Below, piece by piece: positions 1 to 11,230 of a DNA stretch of 64,000 nucleotides. The notes beneath the pieces were generated by a model. It was not told where the DNA came from and did no database searches. It saw nothing but the letters and a program-made list of their open reading frames with translations. Positions within the stretch are counted from its first letter, which is position 1. Every line of letters starts with the position of its first letter. This DNA is from Euglena gracilis (lineage: Eukaryota): NCBI GenBank assembly GCA_039621445.1, contig CP154954.1, forward strand, positions 21,340,954-21,404,953. Direction: 5' to 3'. The translations under genes and the position numbers were made by a program.

Positions 1-802
1 GGGAGCTCTGGCACCCCATTTTTAAATCAATTTTGAGCTTGACGAGGGCAGGACCACAAGAGCTGCGCTCCTGCAATGTGCGGGGGAGTGTATGCTTTGT
101 TTTCGGCCCGAGGCCATGGGCTCAGAAGAGCAAAACCCCCTCTCAATATAAGCTCCCCCAATATATACACCGTCCAAATATAAGTCCCCCCTCCGATGTG
201 CAAGCAGATGATGGTGCCATTCAGGAAATTTGGGGTGTATACCACATTTTTTTCCTCCAGAAATGCTCCCTTCTGGATAAAATTGCACATTTTTGTTGAA
301 AATAGGAGGTGCACAACGAAAATTTGGCATAAAGTTGGTATTTGGCTGCAGTTGAAGACCGCCAATTTTTATAGTCCACCCAGAACGTTTGATTCCCCTC
401 CCCCCCCCCAATTATATTGCCCTCCCCAGAGGGTATTGAAATTGGATCACATAGGGCTTGTTGATTGCGACGATAAAGCAGGGAGCATCCGAACGGGGGG
501 GGGGGGCATCCAATTGAATCGCCCGGACCACGGCTGGACGGAATCCCCAAACCCCTGTGGATGGTGGGTGGCCTTTCCGCCTTTTCCGGGGGGTGCCAAT
601 TTTTAGCCCAGAATTTTCCGTCGGCGCCACCGGGCAGTGCAGTGCTGTGATGGGGGGTCGCCCCCCCCCCACCTCCCGGCTGGGGAGGTCGACCGCCCTC
701 CCGCCCGGCCATCCAGTGCCGCCCTGCCCCCCCCCCATTTCTTTCAGTCGTGTGGCAGTGGGGGGGGGGGGGCTGCTGGCCCCGGCCTGTCCCCCTGCGG
801 CC

Positions 803-941
803 GGCCCACCCGCTGATCGGCAAGGTGGCCCGCCAGGCGGCGGTCCACTTCGTGGTCTTCACCCATGCGGACCTCCTGCCCCCCGCGGAGCTGCAGCGCG
901 TCACCCGCTGGGCACTGCAGGAGGCCCGTGAACCGGACCCA

Positions 942-1015
<74 letters not shown>

Positions 1016-1421
1016 TATCACAGCAAGACCAGGAGGAGAGAGCTTCAAACACAGAAAAATCAGGATCATCCCCTCTGTCTTGCCAGGCACAACAGAAAAT
1101 TATCAAAATTGGTCGATAAATTCGACTTTGAATAACAACTCAGCAAGCATGACCAGATGAAACACAAAAAATTGGAATGTTGGCTGGAGGCTTGAATAAC
1201 ATCAGAAACATACCCTCTCTGTGTCTTTTTTTAGAAAAACCAGGCTGCTCAGGTGCAGATGCACAAATTCAAACACAAGCTGCGGGGGAAAATGTGCTGG
1301 ACGCACTATGGCCACCCACCCACCCACCCACCCACCCACCCACCCACGCGTACGCGTGCACACACACACCCACCCACCACACACACACACACACCCCCCC
1401 ACACACACACACCCCCACACA

Positions 1422-1494
<73 letters not shown>

Positions 1495-4400
1495 GCACAC
1501 ACCCACACACACACACTGAGCTGAGATTTGCAAATCTACTTTTCTTCCACTCGGGTTTTCTGTTATCAGCCTGTTGTTGCATTAATTATTCTTATTCTCT
1601 CGAATCACTGGGCAAGCCATCGCTTGCTTGTGCAATCCTAGGACCCACGTCCACCCGGGTATGAAGAGGATATCAAATGTAATGTACGGAATGCGAATAG
1701 AGCATGAGGAGTCATGTTCACCGTTGTAAGACAAAAGCGGCGGATGTACTGTGGTGGGGAAGGTCTGGGGAATGGAAATGCAGGCCCGGGTACTGGGGAG
1801 CAGCGCTGCAGCAACCAAACCGCATAAATCCACCTGATACAACAGAAACAGAGTGCGCCGGATCAAAATTATGTCGCCAGACTCCCAAACAGCAGATCAC
1901 ACAAGAGTGAAACGGAGGACCAATCTGATATGATATAATAGATTTGGAAGATTGAAATAGACAAAAAAGGGGGAGATGGAACAATGCATGAGAATCAATG
2001 GCAACTGATAGAAAATTTTGTGTGGAAAGTCTAATAAATTTGACAATGTAACTTTGCGGGTGGAGTTACCTTAGGCCCTGGTGTTCGGCCCTGGGTGCAT
2101 AAATGAGTGGGTGGGTAGGTGGGTGTGTGGGTGTGGGTGGGTGTGGTGTGTGGGTGTGGGTGTGGGTGTGTGGGTGTGGGTGTGGGTGTGGGTGTGTGGG
2201 TGTGGGTGTGGGTGTGGGTGTGGGTGTGGGTGTGGGTGTGGGTGTGGGTGTGGGTGTGGGTGTGGGTGTGGGTGTGGGTGTGGGTGTGGGTGTGGGTGGG
2301 GGTGTGGGTGTGGGTGTGGGTGTGGGTGTGGGTGTGGGTGTGGGTGTGTGGGTGTGGGTGTGGGTGGGTGTGTGTGTGTGTGTGTGTGTGAGTGGGTGGG
2401 TGGGTGTGTGGGTGCATGTGTGGGTGGGTGGGTGGGTGGGTGGGTGTCTCTGCACCAGCCCCAGAACATGCCACCAGTGGGTTGTCCTCCCCTCCGTCCC
2501 CCTTCAGCGGCAGCACGCCACCTCCGTGTGGTTCGTCAACACAAAGGACGCCCTCACCCTGCCTCAGCGGGAGACGCAGCGCGCCTTCGGCCGCCTGTAC
2601 GAGGCGCTGGTGGAGGCGTGCCGGCCGGGCCCCCATCGCTGCGATGGAACCGAAGCCGTTCACGGCGGCAACCTTTGCCTGGCAGCCCACTGCTTTGTGG
2701 TGATCCCCCATGGGCTGACTGTTTGGTTTGGTGTTGGCTTTTCGGGCTGGCTGATTTTTTTTGGAGTGACTGATTTGGTTCCGGCCCCCGCCCCCCCCCC
2801 CCCCGAGAGGGTCGAAGGAGTGGCAGAAGGTGATACACCAGGTGTTGAAGGCGCCAGAGGTGTTTTTTGGGGGGGGAAATGGTCAAATCAATTAATTTTA
2901 GGATGGATTGGCTGCCCCCCCCCAAGTAGGGAGGTCGGACGTGAGTGAGTGGTTTTCAAGTGAAGGGACTTTTCCTCTGGGTCGGTGAGTAGGTGAGGGC
3001 CCTGTGCCGATCGCCTTTTCAGTCATTTCGGGTTGGGACAGCGAGTTTTCCAGAAAACACGTTGGAAGAAATCAAGCCAATCATCGCCAATAGATGTAAA
3101 AAAAAAACTAATTTCTCAGCAGAGAGGGAAAGGAGGAACCATCAGAGAGGGGGGGGGTGCACGCGGCGAGGGGAGGGTAAGGGCCTTGGAGGAGTGACAC
3201 CTGGTGCCCACTGTGTCGAGACAGGAGGAAGTGGTCCCGTGGTCCCAATTGAATTGCCAACCATCTCTCTTAAAAAAAAAATGACCAAAACTTGCACCAA
3301 ATGCGCCATAAAAAAGGAGGATTTTTTTTGAGGGGCTAAAAAGGCCATTGTTTGGCCTCAATTTTTTTATCTGTCTTGGGGAGGGGTCATTAGGGGGGAG
3401 GCCTTTAAAAATTGTCATCTGCACAGGGGGGGAGGGGTGGTCCCCAAAGAAACACCAACTGTACTACCAACGCTCCCCTGGGCATACTGTGTCAACTCCC
3501 CTGAGAACCTGTGTCAAAAAAATAGAAAAAAATAAAAGAAAAAGAAAATTGAAGGAAAAAACATCGAACCAATAAAGAATTAAGAGAAATTATCAAAATG
3601 GTGACGACCTGCTTTCAGAAAGCAACTTTGTGGTGGGGCTCAGAGGTCCCGGAAAAAAACAGCCCATTTGGGGCATTTTTTTGACCCACGGCCAGACAGG
3701 TGGGAGGGGGGGCTGCCCGGTCAGACATTCCAGGGCACTCCACCCCCTCCACCTCCCCCCCCCCCGGGTTGGTCAAATTCAGCCGGATGGGGGCCCCGGA
3801 GCGGCGCACGGCGACCGGGATGGTGCTGGTGGCCGGCACGCCCAACGTCGGGAAGAGCAGCCTCGTGGCGATGCTGACGAAGGAGCTGACCGCCAAGCGG
3901 CGCAAGAAGGTCCGCCGGGCCCTCTCTCGGTTGGGGGGGGGGGGCGGCCTCGACTGCCCCCCCCCAGAGCTGTTTGGGAATCCCCGAAACCCTATGGGTG
4001 GCGGGTGGTGGGTGGTGAGGGAGTCAACCCCCCCCCACCAGGCCCCACCAGGCCGCATCGCCCTGCCCGCCCCAACCGAACGGCCGCCAGGGGTGGGGTG
4101 GAGGCGGCAGAGCGGACGACTGCACTCAACCCCGTGCACGTTTGGCACTCAAACCGGGTGTTGTGGAGCCAAGTATTCCGCCGACACGGGATATTTGGCT
4201 CCACAGAAACCCGAGTTTGGGGCTGTGGGCTAAGTGTCAATGGAATTTCACCGGAATTGAAAAGTGGTCATTCACTGACGGAATATATGTTGACTTAAAA
4301 GAAGAATGAAGGAGCTGTGCAGCTTCCCACTGTATGTTCTTTTTTTGTTCTCTGGCTTTTCAAGCTTGTGCTTTGACAATCACATTTTGCAATTTCTGTG

Positions 4401-7400
4401 TGTACGGTGAATTTTAGATTTTCGCCCATTTTGCATGTGTTAAACTTGGCATTTGTGAGACAGTTTTTTTGCTCGTTGTCAAAAATCGCCTTTTACTTTT
4501 GACCCTTCCGCAGGAAGGCTTTTTTTCGGTTCAATTTTTCAGCAAAATAATAATGGAGACCCCAAAATATGACCCTTGGGATTTTAGCAACTTACCCCAA
4601 AAGGATATTTGGGTCTTATTTATTTAGGGGGACTGCGTGACACATGCTATTTTCCCATTTCCCAATCACGTTAGAACACAGAAGATCCCGAACATTTCGG
4701 GGCATGCCCGCAGTCATTGGCCTTCCATGCTAGCCTCCGCCCCCGCCTTCAATCGGCCCGCCCCTGCGCAGGGGAAGCACCATGTGCCGCGGATCGTCAA
4801 CGCAGCGGGCACCACCCAGGGCAACACGAAGCACTGCTTCATGGAGGACCCACTGCTGTACATGGTGGACACCCCCGGCCAGGACGGCGGGGGGGAGGGG
4901 GGCGGTATGGGGGCCAGGCAGGTATTAGGTGAGCGTTGGCTTTGTACAAGGGGCGGGGGGTCCAACCGCCCCCCCGGGGGGTGCGGACCATCCCTCTCTC
5001 CAGCAGGCCGGGGGGGGGGGGCTGGGGAACCCCATAGAACCAAAATAATTTTTTTCTCGGCGTTTTGCACCCTAAAACTTGTGTTTTTTATCACCCAATC
5101 TCCCCCACCCTGCAGCCGGCCTCATGCTGCCACAGGAGGTGTTCCACACCAATGCGGAGCTGTACTTTATGTTGCGGATGATGAACAACTGCCCGGAGTT
5201 CCCCGGGCACGACCCTTATGTATGGCGCTGCGTGCGATGGCTCCTGAACTGGTCAGCTTGAGCATCAGGGCCAAGGTTTTTTTCAGCCTTTTCGCCTTTG
5301 ACTCTTTAGAGAGGACCCCAACCATACCGATGGTTCCTACCTGTTCCTCCGACCTGTTCCTGATTCCTGATTTTATTAATTTTTCACTCTCGAAAAAAGA
5401 TGTCTATTTTGTTGCCTGGTGAATTTTTTTGAATTGAAAAAAACACTCAACGATGTTTTACAAAGAGTTCAGTCTCAATTGGACTCAAGATTTTTCTTTG
5501 GCTACAGTATTTTAAACTCCATTTCCAGAAATGTTGGGCTAAAATGTGACATCTCAAAACAGCATGTTCTGAACAGATTAACCGTTTGATCTCTGGAACC
5601 CTTAAAATGGGAATTCGGCTTGGAAATTCATTTCGTGCATTTTTTTTTTGCCTTTCTGCGGCTTCGTGCCAAGGATTGGGATGGCAGAGTGGACCTGCAA
5701 CGGCCCCCAAAACGGGCCCCTCGAACCCCCACTCCCAGATCAGTGGATACCACGGCTGGGGTAACATTTGCACCTGCGGAATGCGCCTTCTTTCAACGCT
5801 CCACCTAATCATTCCCCTTAATTTGTCCATCCAGCCAGCCGTTTTTTTATTTACAACAATCTCCCGTCCGTCGCGCCTCCGCCACGCCGGCACACGCACG
5901 TCACAGGTGTTCTGCGAGTACCTCATCTGGAAGTGCCGGCGCCTCCGCTTCACGTCTTGGCTGGCCGACCTCCGCCTGCCGGACACCGCCACGGACGTCA
6001 ACCTCATCCTGGACCGCCTGGACCCGGACCCCGTCCCCGAGAGGCGGCCAGGGCTGCAGCTGGAACTGGGCAGCAAAGGGTTGGTTGCTGTGGTGGGGTG
6101 GTGGGAACCACAATGTGAGTTAAGAATCTGCACCACACAATGTGGGGCATCCGACACACAGCCTGACACCCATTATGACCACCGGGGTTGTAGGATCCTG
6201 TTTGGTACTCCCTGGGGCTTCTAAATGTTTGCAAAAAGATTTTTATTGTTTAAAGAAAAACGAGATAGTGTCGAAAATTTTGAGCTTTTTCAACAAAAAA
6301 AAATGATGGTGTGTAAGCCATATGCACCTATTTTTCAGCACGAGATATGAAATTAGTGTGTTTGCCCTGCTGTTTTATTCCCACTGGATATTCTAAATTG
6401 AGTTTCAGTGATTGGGGAAACGAAGGGGGGACCTGAAGATTAGATGGGAAGATTTATTATGAAAAAGTTCTGCACAAAATATCTGCCAGATTTTTCCTGC
6501 CATGTTAAGGATACATCCAGAATTTCCCTGCTTTTTTTGCAAAAAAAACACGCTTTGTGCCAACTTTTGATATTTGGTATTCCACTCTTCTTATTCACAA
6601 GTCTCTTGATTTTTTATTTGTGAAAAGGCAAATTTTTTGTATTGCATTGTTTTGCTTGCTTTTTTTGCAAAATTTAGGTTTGTTTTCGAAATTCTGGAGG
6701 GAAAAAAACTTGTTATCACATGTTTCAAGGATTTCCATGAGGATTCAAACGATATTTTCCTGAATGAAGATTCAGAAAATTGCAAAAAAAAAAATGTCAA
6801 GGTCATTTAACATTTGGTGGTTTCTCAGATGCATGATTAATTTTTTTATTTATCTTGGTGTTTGCGCTAAAAAATAATACCAGACTCCTGACCCCGTTTC
6901 CAGTAGCCCAGTGCAATGCAAAAAAGAAACACATAGCAAACAGCAGAAAACAATTAACATTTTTGCTCTTTAAACATGGGTAAGTTTTGTTGTGCTTTTT
7001 GGGGGTTATTTCATTTGTTGTTTTCCCTGTATTTTGGACCCATTTCGCATTTTGGAAGCTCTTTCCCCTCGAAGTTTGCGTTTGTTTCAATTCGACATTG
7101 TGCAGCTTTCGTTCATTCCGAGCAAATTTTCCCATGTTTTTTTGGAGAATGTACCAAAGATGGCATTGCATTTTGTTTGTTATTTGTTTGAATATTGTCA
7201 TCAAAATATTGATATTTGAACCACGGGGATAGGTTTGGCCGTCCGGGGCACACAATCACTTAGTCACTGGCCTACCCCCCTCCCCAGTGGAGTTATGTAT
7301 CTGGTATCTCTGCTGTTGCCCTTTCAAAAGGGGGAAGAGTCTCTCAGCCCAGCCCTGGGACGGAGCAACCACCGCCCGCCGCTTCCATGAAATGCTGCTG

Positions 7401-7981
7401 GGGAAGGGCCTGGCCGGGCTCGTGTGCGACGACCTGCCTGCCCTTCCCTCCGAGGCCAGCTCCGCTCTGGCGCCGTACGAAGGGATACTTGCAAAGTGCA
7501 CTTCAAACAGACAGTTGTTTTGCCCTTCATGTGTGTGTGTGTGTGTGTGCCAGCAGGCAGGTGAGTCTGTGCTCACCCAACTCACCTGCCTGCACGCACA
7601 TGCACACGCGCATGCACAGGCATGCACACGCACGCCTGCACAGGCATGCACACGTAGAGAAATTTTCAATCTTCTTTCTTTAAAATCAAATTGTCTTTCA
7701 TCAATCGTCTTTCCATTAAAACAGCTGCGCTTCAATCAGGGCGGTTAGCCCCTCAGAATGATCACAAATGAGTCACGGGGAGGGGGGGTTGGTTGCTGGT
7801 CGGGGGCATTCCCCGCCCTTCCCCCCGCTTTACCGCCGGCCCCAGCCCCGCCGCCCCGCTGCCCGTCTTCCCCGACCGGCTCGTCCTCGCCACCGACTAC
7901 GAGCCGGGCCACTTCCGCGCCATCCAGCCCGTGGACCTGCCGCAGCCCACCGGGAAGGTGCCGAAGAAGCTGCAGCGCTGA
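803..7981 (+). CDS. MTG1: Multi-exon circularly permuted GTPase of the RbgA/YlqF/MTG1 family (ribosome-assembly GTPase, probably organellar). 5' exons lie upstream of the window. Inferred exons: 803-923, 2508-2623, 3783-3909, 4772-4876, 5118-5219, 5907-6045, 7363-7474, 7846-7981
   Basis: The joined exons give motifs in cpGTPase order: HPL...VVFTHADLL (G4-like), GTPNVGKSSL (G1), GTTQG (G2), DTPG-LMLP (G3), then a C-terminal helical region and TGA at 7979-7981. Splice phases are compatible at every junction. The symbol is a family-level assignment, and the exon 6/7 and 7/8 junctions have alternative solutions. Confidence 0.8.
946..1013. repeat. (GT)n microsatellite in a GTPase intron
   Basis: Directly visible dinucleotide run. 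Confidence 0.95.
1313..1516. repeat. (CCCA)n/(CA)n compound microsatellite
   Basis: Directly visible. Confidence 0.95.
2106..2446. repeat. (GGGTGT)n/(GT)n/(GGGT)n compound microsatellite
   Basis: Directly visible. Confidence 0.95.
4877..5117 (+). other. Euglenid-type nonconventional intron (241 nt)
   Basis: CCC|GGCCAGG...CCCTGCAGCC|GGC has Y|R at both junctions, CAG at +4..+6 and CTG at -8..-6. Removing it restores DTPG exactly, whereas the GC-AG alternative gives DTPAG. Confidence 0.75.
6046..7362 (+). other. Probable nonconventional intron
   Basis: Starts GGCCAGGGCTG and ends CAGCCCTGGGACG. CCAGGGCTG/CAGCCCTGG is a perfect 9-bp terminal stem, with CAG at +4..+6 and CTG at -8..-6. The join is in frame (ERRATTARRF). 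A GT-AG alternative also exists. Confidence 0.55.
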
Positions 7982-8696
7982 CGGGACTGTGACAGTTCCG
8001 CGGGTGTTCGATGCAACCACACGGTCCGTGTGTCGGTTTGCGTGGCGCACGGGGTGGAAGGACCCCAGCCTGACTTCGCATCGACGGTGTTCGAGCTGCT
8101 GGGTTGCGGAATTCAGGGTTGCAAGAACCACAGGCACCATCCAACTGCTCCGCCTTTTCCTCGTGGAAGTGACCGGTTGTTGTTCATTCCCAACATGTTG
8201 GGGAAGCGGGAGTCAGAATTCCTGAACTGAGCCAAGGTGATCCTGATCAGGGAACTGATTGGCTGGTAAGCACAATGAAGAAGAAAGTGGATACCCCAAC
8301 CCAACAGTCATCATGTAATGGCCTCTGTGATTTTTCCATTGTGCTGACGTGAGGAGAAGCCCACATTTGTGTATTTTCATTCCCAAGTCATTTGATAAAG
8401 CTGGGTTTAGGAGAGAGCTTGGATCCAAGGTGTATGATGGGAAATGCTATTGTTTACACACATCTGATGCTGTCCGTATGTTTGTTTGGGGAAACAGAAG
8501 AATGGTTTTTTGGCTCACGGGCAATCCACCCATCCATAATAAAAACCCTAATGTCACACTGTGCCCCATACATCATTGGGCAGCCGAGAAACCCGTTTCT
8601 TGCTGGAGCGCACCACCCCAACCCCATCAAACCCACCGACCCGATAAAAATCCCCACCCACCCATCTCCTTCCGCAGTTCCCGCTCTCCTTGCGTA

Positions 8697-11230
8697 ATGG
8701 TGTCCAGTGAGGCAATGTCTCCCCACGAGCTGGCGACCCTGTTGGACCTGGTCAAGGCGAAACGGTCCGCCCCAGCCAGCCAGGGAGGGGTTGGGGCGGT
8801 CTCGGGAGACCCCGGCCGGTGCGCGTGCACATGTGCGCGTGCACATGCGACACATTCTGGTTTAGAGTTGTGGCGCATGTGCCCGGGGCTTCGGTCCGCA
8901 TTTGCGTTGCATGCGTCGGCGTTGGTGTGTTGGCGTGGAGGTTGCGCTCGACTTGACTTGAAACGGGGGTGGATTGTTTCAAAGCAGACAGTCGTCCCAC
9001 GTAGATGTTGGGAGGGGGGTCCAGACACCCCACTTCCCCTCCTCGGCTGGTTCCAAAAATAGCAAAAAGTTTTCTTCCGGTGCACAGCGCCGGAAAATGA
9101 GCAAACAACGCTCATTTTTGAGCATATTGCCCATTTTTTGAATGTTTTGGTGTTTTCTCCGTAGAATATGTGCAAAAAAATTCAAGAAATCAGCACTTTT
9201 GGAATCATTTTCAAAAAAAAAAAGCGATCAGGGATTTTTCGCCAATTTTGGCTTGGTTTCCGGGCCTTTGCCGGTCCATAAAACCAAAAATTTTCACGGT
9301 CCCCTTCAGTTTCGAGGGGGGAGTCCGACCCCCCCCCCCACTACCTCCTTGTTGAGAGGGGGGTCCGGACCCCCCCCAGTGCACATTTTGGCGACGACTG
9401 CTCGAACATCCCTCACTGCCCCCCTCCCCCCACCACGGCCCAACCCTGGGGCCAGTCTGACGGCGGAGGAGGCGACCCAGCACTGGCTGGACATGGCGGT
9501 GGAGGAGGTGAACACGCAGGCCCTCGCCGCGGAGGCCGGGCTGAATTTGAGACGAGGCTGACCCTGAGGCGGGGGGGGGGGGGCTGCCGGCGTGTAATGG
9601 AATTACCCCAGAGTTGCTCACCTGGCCCAAAATCAGCAACACAAGAGCGCGGGTGTAAGGGGTCCCTGGCCACGCACCACACAAACTGGGCCAAGAAGCG
9701 AAGTTAGTGCCGGCCATAAACAGACAAGAACCCTTAGTGCAACCAAGGGGGGGGGGGTGCCTGCGTGCCTTGGGTATGCCAAGTCACCCAATCGACCCCC
9801 CTTGAGGGCAGGGGGGGGGTTGGGCACATTCCAGCGCCAAAGGCACTGGAAGCCCAGAAATGGTCTGTTTCGGGCACCTTTTTCCGGCCCACGCCCAGGC
9901 AGACACGACCCCCTGGGGGGGGGTGCCTGCCTGCCCAGGCCCCCCCCCCTGGTTGGCCAAATCCAGCCTGTCGGAGGCGGAGGTGGAGAGGCTGCGGAAG
10001 GAGCTCGCAGCGACAGCAACAAACTGGGGCCGATGTGGCGGCCAACCTGAGTGTGAGGCGGCACCAACCCCACAGGGGGGGGGGGGGCTGCCTCGGCGTG
10101 GGCCGGAAGTGGCCCAAAAAAAAATGGTTTTTTCCCGAGTTCAAGGCACTTGTGGCCATGTGCCCAACCCGAGGTGCTATTGAGTGCCTGCCCCCCCCCC
10201 AGTTTGGAGTTTGGGTGGACTCCAGGGCACTCCAAGACCCCCTCCAGGTGGCAGTATTGGTCGGAGCCCCCCTCTTGTGTGGGAAGCATTCTGTTGACTG
10301 AAAGAGGTGTATATATTTGGTTTGAGCTTCCATTTTCTGCAAGTGCATATTTTTGTTCTCAACCACGTTGGATTGGAAAGCAATGAAACAGATAAATTCT
10401 CGAGACGTGCTGTTCCATCAATGGGCTGAAACTGTGGGAGTGTGTAATGTAAATCAGCTTCCCGTTTGATCATTTTGTCATCTCAGACCCTTCACCGAAT
10501 GTGAGAGGAAATCACACAATACTGACACACAGTATTGAAAGGAAGTTGTTGTGAGCGTTCCTGGGTTGCTGTCTTTTCTTCGCATTTTTTGTGTTTTTTT
10601 CTCAATTAGTTTTTGTCATTGCGTAGACAACGCCTTGGTCACAGACTCATCGCATCACATCATCACACCTCTGCCGGGGGCTTTTATGGGACGAAGTCAG
10701 CTGCGCATCGCAGCAACGACAAAAGAGGGAGGGACCGGGAATGGATCGCCTACCTTGTTGCCCTGAACGAGGTCCAAGGCACTCCATACCTCTGATTGGC
10801 TGACCCTCGGCCAAGGCAGCGGCTTCCAACGTTTTTGCCTATTTTTGTTTCGCTTGACAAAAGCGCCTTTCTCTTCAGCACATCCCCACTCGATAAGATA
10901 AATTGCAACACGATAAATTGCAGCGCAGTCTTGAAGCAAAACAGGCCGGATACCCATTTTCTTTCAATCCAATCAATGAAGATTCCGGATCAGCTTGCGA
11001 TTGCTCTTGTAACAAACCAACGGTTTACATTTGATGGGTGGGTTTATGTCTGGCCAGGACAGCCGCCAGGCCGGAAACGAGGAGCTCCTTGCCAGATGAC
11101 ATGGCACAGCATGTGGAGCGGCGGCGCACCGAAATTCTGGAGTTGGAGGAGGAGGTTGCGGAGCTGGAAGCGAATATCAACCATCCTGTCGCTCTGAAAC
11201 CACCAGATGATGACCAAAGGAGCTCGGGAA
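8697..11230 (+). CDS. Probable multi-exon gene for an uncharacterised coiled-coil protein (exons ~8697-8764, 9456-9539, 9967-~10030, 10701-10771, ~11060-11230)
   Basis: Pyrimidine tract plus AG (8676-8677) precedes ATG 8697. GC-rich exon-like blocks encode MVSSEAMSPHELATLLDLVKAKR / LTAEEATQHWLDMAVEEVNTQ / LSEAEVERLRKELA / DREWIAYLVALNE / HVERRRTEILELEEEVAELE, with compatible GT/GC-AG phases for the first junctions. The frame of the last exon is unresolved. Confidence 0.55.

Noticed and set aside
744-2948. Many ORFs with CVCVCV, HTHTHT, PTPTPT or GVGVGV runs
   Set aside because: These are translations of intronic microsatellites; only the short embedded exon segments are credible.
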